Below, piece after piece: positions 56,553 to 64,000 of a stretch of 64,000 nucleotides of DNA; positions within the stretch are counted from its first letter, which is position 1, and each line of letters begins with the position of its first letter. The translations under genes and the position numbers were made by a program. The stretch lies in the NCBI RefSeq assembly GCF_009914755.1, contig NC_060947.1; one strand, given 5' to 3'. Source of the DNA: the human T2T-CHM13v2.0 reference genome, Homo sapiens. The notes beneath the pieces were generated by a model. That model was not told the origin of the DNA, did not search any database, and saw nothing but the letters and a program-made list of their open reading frames with translations.

Positions 56553-58136
56553 TCACGGTGTGCATCTGGTGTGCCATCTGGTTGAACTCGGGAATTTAAA
56601 GTTCTCCACATTGATGGTGAAACTCAGAAACAAGGTGTGAGCCATTGACAAGAAGAAGTATAGCAGTGCCAGTTCCAGCAGCCTTGGTGAACCGTCTGGT
56701 TGAGCTCTTGGGAAGATAAACTTCTCTACATCAATGTCAAAAGGAAGATATGAGCCTTTGACAAGAATATCCACCATGATGCCCAGTTCCAGCAGCCTGG
56801 GTGAGCCATCTGGTTGAGCTCTTGGGAAGATAAACTTCTCTACATCAATGTCAACAAGAAGATATGAGCCTTTGACAAAAAGATCCACCGTGATGCCCAG
56901 TTCCAGCAGCCTGGCTGAGCCATCTGGTTGAGCTCTTGGGAAGATAAGCTTCTCTACATCAATGTCAACAAGAAGATATGAGCCTTTGACAAAAAGATCC
57001 ACCATGATGCCCAGTTCCAGCAGCCTGGCTGAGCCATCTGGTTGAGCTCTTGGGAAGATAAACTTCTCTACATCAATGTCAACAAGAAGATATGAGCCTT
57101 TGACAAAAAGATCCACCATGATGCCCAGTTCCAGCAGCCTGGCTGAGCCATCTGGTTGAGCTCTTGGGAAGATAAGCTTCTCTACATCAATGTCAACAAG
57201 AAGATATGAGCCTTTGACAAAAAGATCCACCATGATGCCCAGTTCCAGCAGCCTGGCTGAGCCATCTGGTTGAGCTCTTGGGAAGATAAACTTCTCTACA
57301 TCAATGTCAACAAGAAGATATGAGCCTTTGACAAAAAGATCCACCATGATGCCCAGTTCCAGCAGCCTGGCTGAGCCATCTGGTTGAGCTCTTGGGAAGA
57401 TAAACTTCTCTACATCAATGTCAACAAGAAGATATGAGCCTTTGACAAAAAGATCCACCATGATGCCCAGTTCCAGCAGCCTGGCTGAGCCATCTGGTTG
57501 AATTCTTGGGAAGATAAACTTCTCTACATCAATGTCAACAAGAAGATATGAGCCTTTGACAAAAAGATCCACCATGATGCCCAGTTCCAGCAGCCTGGCT
57601 GAGCCATCTGGTTGAGCTCTTGGGAAGATAAGCTTCTCTACATCAATGTCAACAAGAAGATATGAGCCTTTGACAAAAAGATCCACCATGATGCCCAGTT
57701 CCAGCAGCCTGGCTGAGCCATCTGGTTGAGCTCTTGGGAAGATAAACTTCTCTACATCAATGTCAACAAGAAGATATGAGCCTTTGACAAAAAGATCCAC
57801 CATGATGCCCAGTTCCAGCAGCCTGGCTGAGCCATCTGGTTGAGCTCTTGGGAAGATAAACTTCTCTACATCAATGTCAACAAGAAGATATGAGCCTTTG
57901 ACAAAAAGATCCACCATGATGCCCAGTTCCAGCAGCCTGGCTGAGCCATCTGGTTGAATTCTTGGGAAGATAAACTTCTTTACATTGATGTCAACAACAG
58001 GGCATGATTCATTAAAGACAAAAAGGCCCATTATTGTGCCCACTTCCAGCAGCCTTGGTGAGTCATCTGATTTGGCTCTTGGAAAGACAAACTTCTCTAC
58101 ATGAATGGTGAAAGTCAGAAACAGGGTATGAGCCAT
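56553..58136 (-). CDS. Hypothetical 527-aa repeat protein (38-aa unit [38 protein letters not shown]); coding status unproven
   Basis: Uninterrupted ORF from the ATG at 58136 (GGCAATGG, good Kozak) across the whole array. No homolog recognised and no polyA signal seen. Confidence 0.15.
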   Translation of the reverse strand: MAHTLFLTFTIHVEKFVFPRAKSDDSPRLLEVGTIMGLFVFNESCPVVDINVKKFIFPRIQPDGSARLLELGIMVDLFVKGSYLLVDIDVEKFIFPRAQPDGSARLLELGIMVDLFVKGSYLLVDIDVEKFIFPRAQPDGSARLLELGIMVDLFVKGSYLLVDIDVEKLIFPRAQPDGSARLLELGIMVDLFVKGSYLLVDIDVEKFIFPRIQPDGSARLLELGIMVDLFVKGSYLLVDIDVEKFIFPRAQPDGSARLLELGIMVDLFVKGSYLLVDIDVEKFIFPRAQPDGSARLLELGIMVDLFVKGSYLLVDIDVEKLIFPRAQPDGSARLLELGIMVDLFVKGSYLLVDIDVEKFIFPRAQPDGSARLLELGIMVDLFVKGSYLLVDIDVEKLIFPRAQPDGSARLLELGITVDLFVKGSYLLVDIDVEKFIFPRAQPDGSPRLLELGIMVDILVKGSYLPFDIDVEKFIFPRAQPDGSPRLLELALLYFFLSMAHTLFLSFTINVENFKFPSSTRWHTRCTP

Positions 58137-58340
58137 TGCCAAGCAGACCCACTATAGTTTGCAGTTTGAGCCTTGGTAAGCCATCTGGTTGAACTCTTGG
58201 AAAGTTAAATTTCTCTACATCGATGTCAGCAACAAAGTATGAGCCATTCACAAGAAGATCCACCATGGTGGCCATTTCCAGCAGCCTTCGTGAGCCACCT
58301 GCTTGAGCTCTTGGGAGATAACCTTCTCTACATCAATTCT
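56565..58340. repeat. 114-bp tandem repeat: 11 near-identical central units plus ~4-5 diverged flanking units
   Basis: GATGCCCAGTTCCAGCAGCC recurs at 56778, 56892, 57006 ... 57918 (exact 114-bp period). Diverged copies near 56667, 58036, 58160 and 58270. Confidence 0.97.
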
Positions 58341-58354
58341 GGAGAGAGGCAGCA

Positions 58355-59613
<1,259 letters not shown>

Positions 59614-59739
59614 GCTCCTGCAGGAATGGGGAGGCTAAGACGGTAGAGGTGCAGCCTGGTCAGCCATCTTTCACCTTTGCTGATGTTGCTATCCAGGTGT
59701 TTTCCATTGCATGTGCATGAAGCCCTATGCTTTGTTTAG

Positions 59740-59988
<249 letters not shown>

Positions 59989-60034
59989 TGATGTTTCTTA
60001 TGATTTTGTAGACAGCACAAAAGGCATCTGTATT

Positions 60035-61965
60035 TGTGTGTGTGCAAGTGTCTGTGCAGGTGTGTGTACACCAATATGCTTGTGCAGAGGCGTGTGCAGA
60101 TGTGTGTGTAGTTGTGTGTATGGATAGGTGCACTGTGTGCAGGTGTGTGGGGATGTGTGTGTGCAGGTCTGTGTGTGCAGACATGCACGTGTATGCAGGT
60201 GTGTGTGTGTACAGATGTGTGTGCAGGTGTGTGTGCAGATGTGTGTGTAGTTGTGTGTATGCACATGTGCATTGTGTGCAGGTGTGTGGGGATGTGTGTG
60301 TGCAGGTCTGTGTGTGCAGACATGCATGTGTATGGAGGTGTGTGTACAGACGTGCGTGTAGGTGTGTGTGCATGTGTGTGTGTGCAGATGTGTGTATGCA
60401 CATGTGCACTGTGTGCAGGTGTGTGAGGATGTGTGTGTGCAGGTCTGTGTGTGCAGACATGCGTGTGTGTGCAGGTCTGTGTGTGCAGACATGCATGTGT
60501 ATGCAGGTGTGTGTGTGTACAGATGTGTGTGCAGGTGTGTGTTTGCAGATGTGTGTGCAGATGTGCATGTGTCCTTGTGTATATGCACATGTGCACTGTG
60601 TGCAGGTGTGTGTGTGTACAGATATGTGTGCAGGTGTGTGTGCAGGTGTGCTTGTGTATAGATGTGTGTGTGTAGTTCTATGTACGCCCATGTGCACTGT
60701 GTGCAGGTGTGTGGGGATGTGTGTGTGCAGGTCTGTGTGTGCAGTTGTGTGTGCAGACATGCATGTGTGTGCAGGTGTGCGTGCAGGTGTGCGTGTGTAG
60801 ACAAGTGTGTGTGTGCCATTGTGCTTGTTTGTGCAGATGTACGTGCAGGTGTGTGTGCAGATGTGTGTGTGTAGCTGTGTGTACACACATGTGCCCTGTG
60901 TGCAGGTGTGTGGGGATGTGTGCGCACGTCTGTGTGTGCAGACATGCATGTGCCTGCAGGAAAGTGGGGATGTGTGAGTGTGCAGGTCTGTGTGTGCAGA
61001 TGTGTTTGCAGACGTATGTGTGTGCAGGTGTGTGTGCAGGACTGTGCCAGTGTGCTTGTTTGTGCAGATGTGTGTGCAGATGTGTGTGTAGCTGTGTGTA
61101 CGCCCGTGTGCACTGTGTGCAGGTGTGTGGGGATGTGTGTGCAGTTGTGTGTGCAGACATGCATGTGTGTGCAGGTGTGTGTGCAGATGTGTGTGTAGTT
61201 GTGTGTATGCACATGTGCATTGTGTGCAGGTGTGTGGGGATGTGTGTGCAGGTCTGTGTGTGCAGATGTGTGTGCAAACATGCATGTGTGTGCAGGTGTG
61301 TGTGCAGATGTGCGTGTGTAGACAAGTGTGTGTGCCATTGTGCTTGTTTGTGCAGACGTACGTGCAGGTGTGTGTGCAGATGTGTGTGTGTAGCTGTGTG
61401 TACACACATGTGCCCTGTGTGCAGGTGTGTGGGGATGTGTGCACACGTCTGTGTGTGCAGACATGCATGTGCCTGCAGGAAAGTGGGGATGTGTGAGTGT
61501 GCAGGTCTGTGTGTGCAGATGTGTGTGCAGACATGTATGTGTGTGCAGGTGTGTGTGCAGGACTGTGCCAGTGTGCTTGTTTGTGCAGATGTGTGTGCAG
61601 ATGTGTGTGTAGCTGTGTGTATGCCCATGTGCACTGTGTGCAGGTGTGTGGGGATGTGTGTGTGCAGGTCTGTGTGTGCAGTTGTGTGTGCAGACATGCA
61701 TATGTGTGCAGGTGTGTGTGCAAATGTGTGTGTAGCTGTGTGTACGCCCATGCGCACTGTGTGCAGGTGTGTGGAGATGTGTGTGTGCAGGTCTGTGTGT
61801 GCAGGTGTGTGTGCAAACATGCACACGCGTGCAAGCATGTGTGCAGGAGTGTGTGTGCACGTGTGTGCGGGCGTGTGGAAATGTGTGCGTGTGCAGGTCT
61901 GTGTGTGCAGATGTGTGTGCAGACATACATGTGTGTGCAGGTGTGTGTGTGTAGATGTGTGTGGG
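60035..61965. repeat. (GTGTGTGCAG)n-type alternating purine-pyrimidine minisatellite abutting the CSF2RA promoter
   Basis: About 1.9 kb of GT-rich degenerate repeat. Internal ~520-bp duplication (AGACAAGTGTGTG..CCATTGTGCTTG at ~60799 and ~61320). Confidence 0.95.
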
Positions 61966-62039
61966 ACTCACACTTGAGCTGTTCCACGGGCCAGTCTTTG
62001 GAGACGAGGTCAGGAGCCAATGAACTCACGGAGCAATTA

Positions 62040-62111
62040 CAGGTTTCCCAATCCTATGAAATGAGGAAGCAGGGGAGGGAGGGGCAGGGAGTGTATGATG
62101 ACAGAGAGGAA
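62040..62111 (+). promoter_or_regulatory. CSF2RA: CSF2RA TATA-less myeloid promoter with C/EBP and PU.1 sites
   Basis: TTTCCCAAT (62044-62052, C/EBP-like) adjacent to AAATGAGGAAGCA (62059-62071, PU.1). This is the arrangement described for the GM-CSFR alpha promoter. Confidence 0.85.
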
Positions 62112-62191
62112 CTCTGAAGGGAGCTACTCAGAAGCGGGAGTCTCCGAGAGAAGAAAAGCAGGTGGAAGGAGAGGAAGCGGATGCCGTGGGG
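62112..62191 (+). other. CSF2RA: CSF2RA non-coding exon 1 (5'UTR)
   Basis: CTCTGAAGGGAGCTACTCAGAAGCGGGAGTCTCCGAGAGAAG...GGATGCCGTGGGG matches the recalled CSF2RA mRNA 5' end. Donor GTAAGC at 62192; upstream ATG at 62181. Start coordinate is approximate. Confidence 0.88.
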
Positions 62192-62613
62192 GTAAGCTAA
62201 GTTCTTTCCTTCTGTGGTCTTTGAGCATGTCGAGTCACCCGGGTACATGTTTCTGCTGTGTCTGTGGATAGAAAAGAAAGAGACTGAACTGGAACATAAG
62301 ATTTCAAACGTTGGCTCGAGCCGAAGTGGGGACAGCGGCCCAGAAGACTGAGAGCCAAGGAACCTTGCATATGAGTTGTCTTCTGCCTTTGTTATATGCA
62401 GGTTTTTAAAGGCAAAATTAAAAAAATAAAATAAAATAAAAAGAGGGAGGTGTTGTTGGAGGACAGGGAGGGGGCTTCTGTGAAGCTGTTTGCTGGGAAT
62501 TCTCGTTGGTTTACAGAAAAAAACAATTGATTAATGATTGGCTGTACATTGCTAAGCTACAGGGCGTTGGGGTGTAGTATCTAGCACGGAATTATCACGT
62601 GAATTCACAGCTA

Positions 62614-64000
<1,387 letters not shown>

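Overview
Human pseudoautosomal region 1 (Xp22.33/Yp11.3). The window holds the 5' end of CRLF2 (TSLP receptor; coding exons 1-2 on the minus strand, 617-4449). It then covers the ~57.6 kb head-to-head intergenic interval and reaches the promoter and non-coding first exon of CSF2RA (GM-CSF receptor alpha, plus strand, ~62040-62191). The interval is saturated with Alus, ERV/MaLR LTR fragments, MER20s and (GGAT)n/(GATA)n/(GT)-rich simple repeats, and also contains a 5'-truncated SVA nested in an NPM1 3'UTR retrocopy and a MER85 piggyBac MITE. Almost all listed ORFs are Alu or simple-repeat artefacts. The most notable items are: a 114-bp tandem array forming a ~527-codon uninterrupted ORF divergent from CSF2RA; an old inverted duplication (~35.6-41.5 kb) bracketing a strong CTCF motif and carrying MER85; a cryptic RSS and a pre-ATG splice acceptor that fit the P2RY8-CRLF2 leukaemia deletion; a 28-bp minisatellite of perfect 22-bp palindromes; a 377-bp x4 tandem repeat; and signs of local concerted evolution of Alus. 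Gene and repeat identities come from recall of known sequences, not from database searches.
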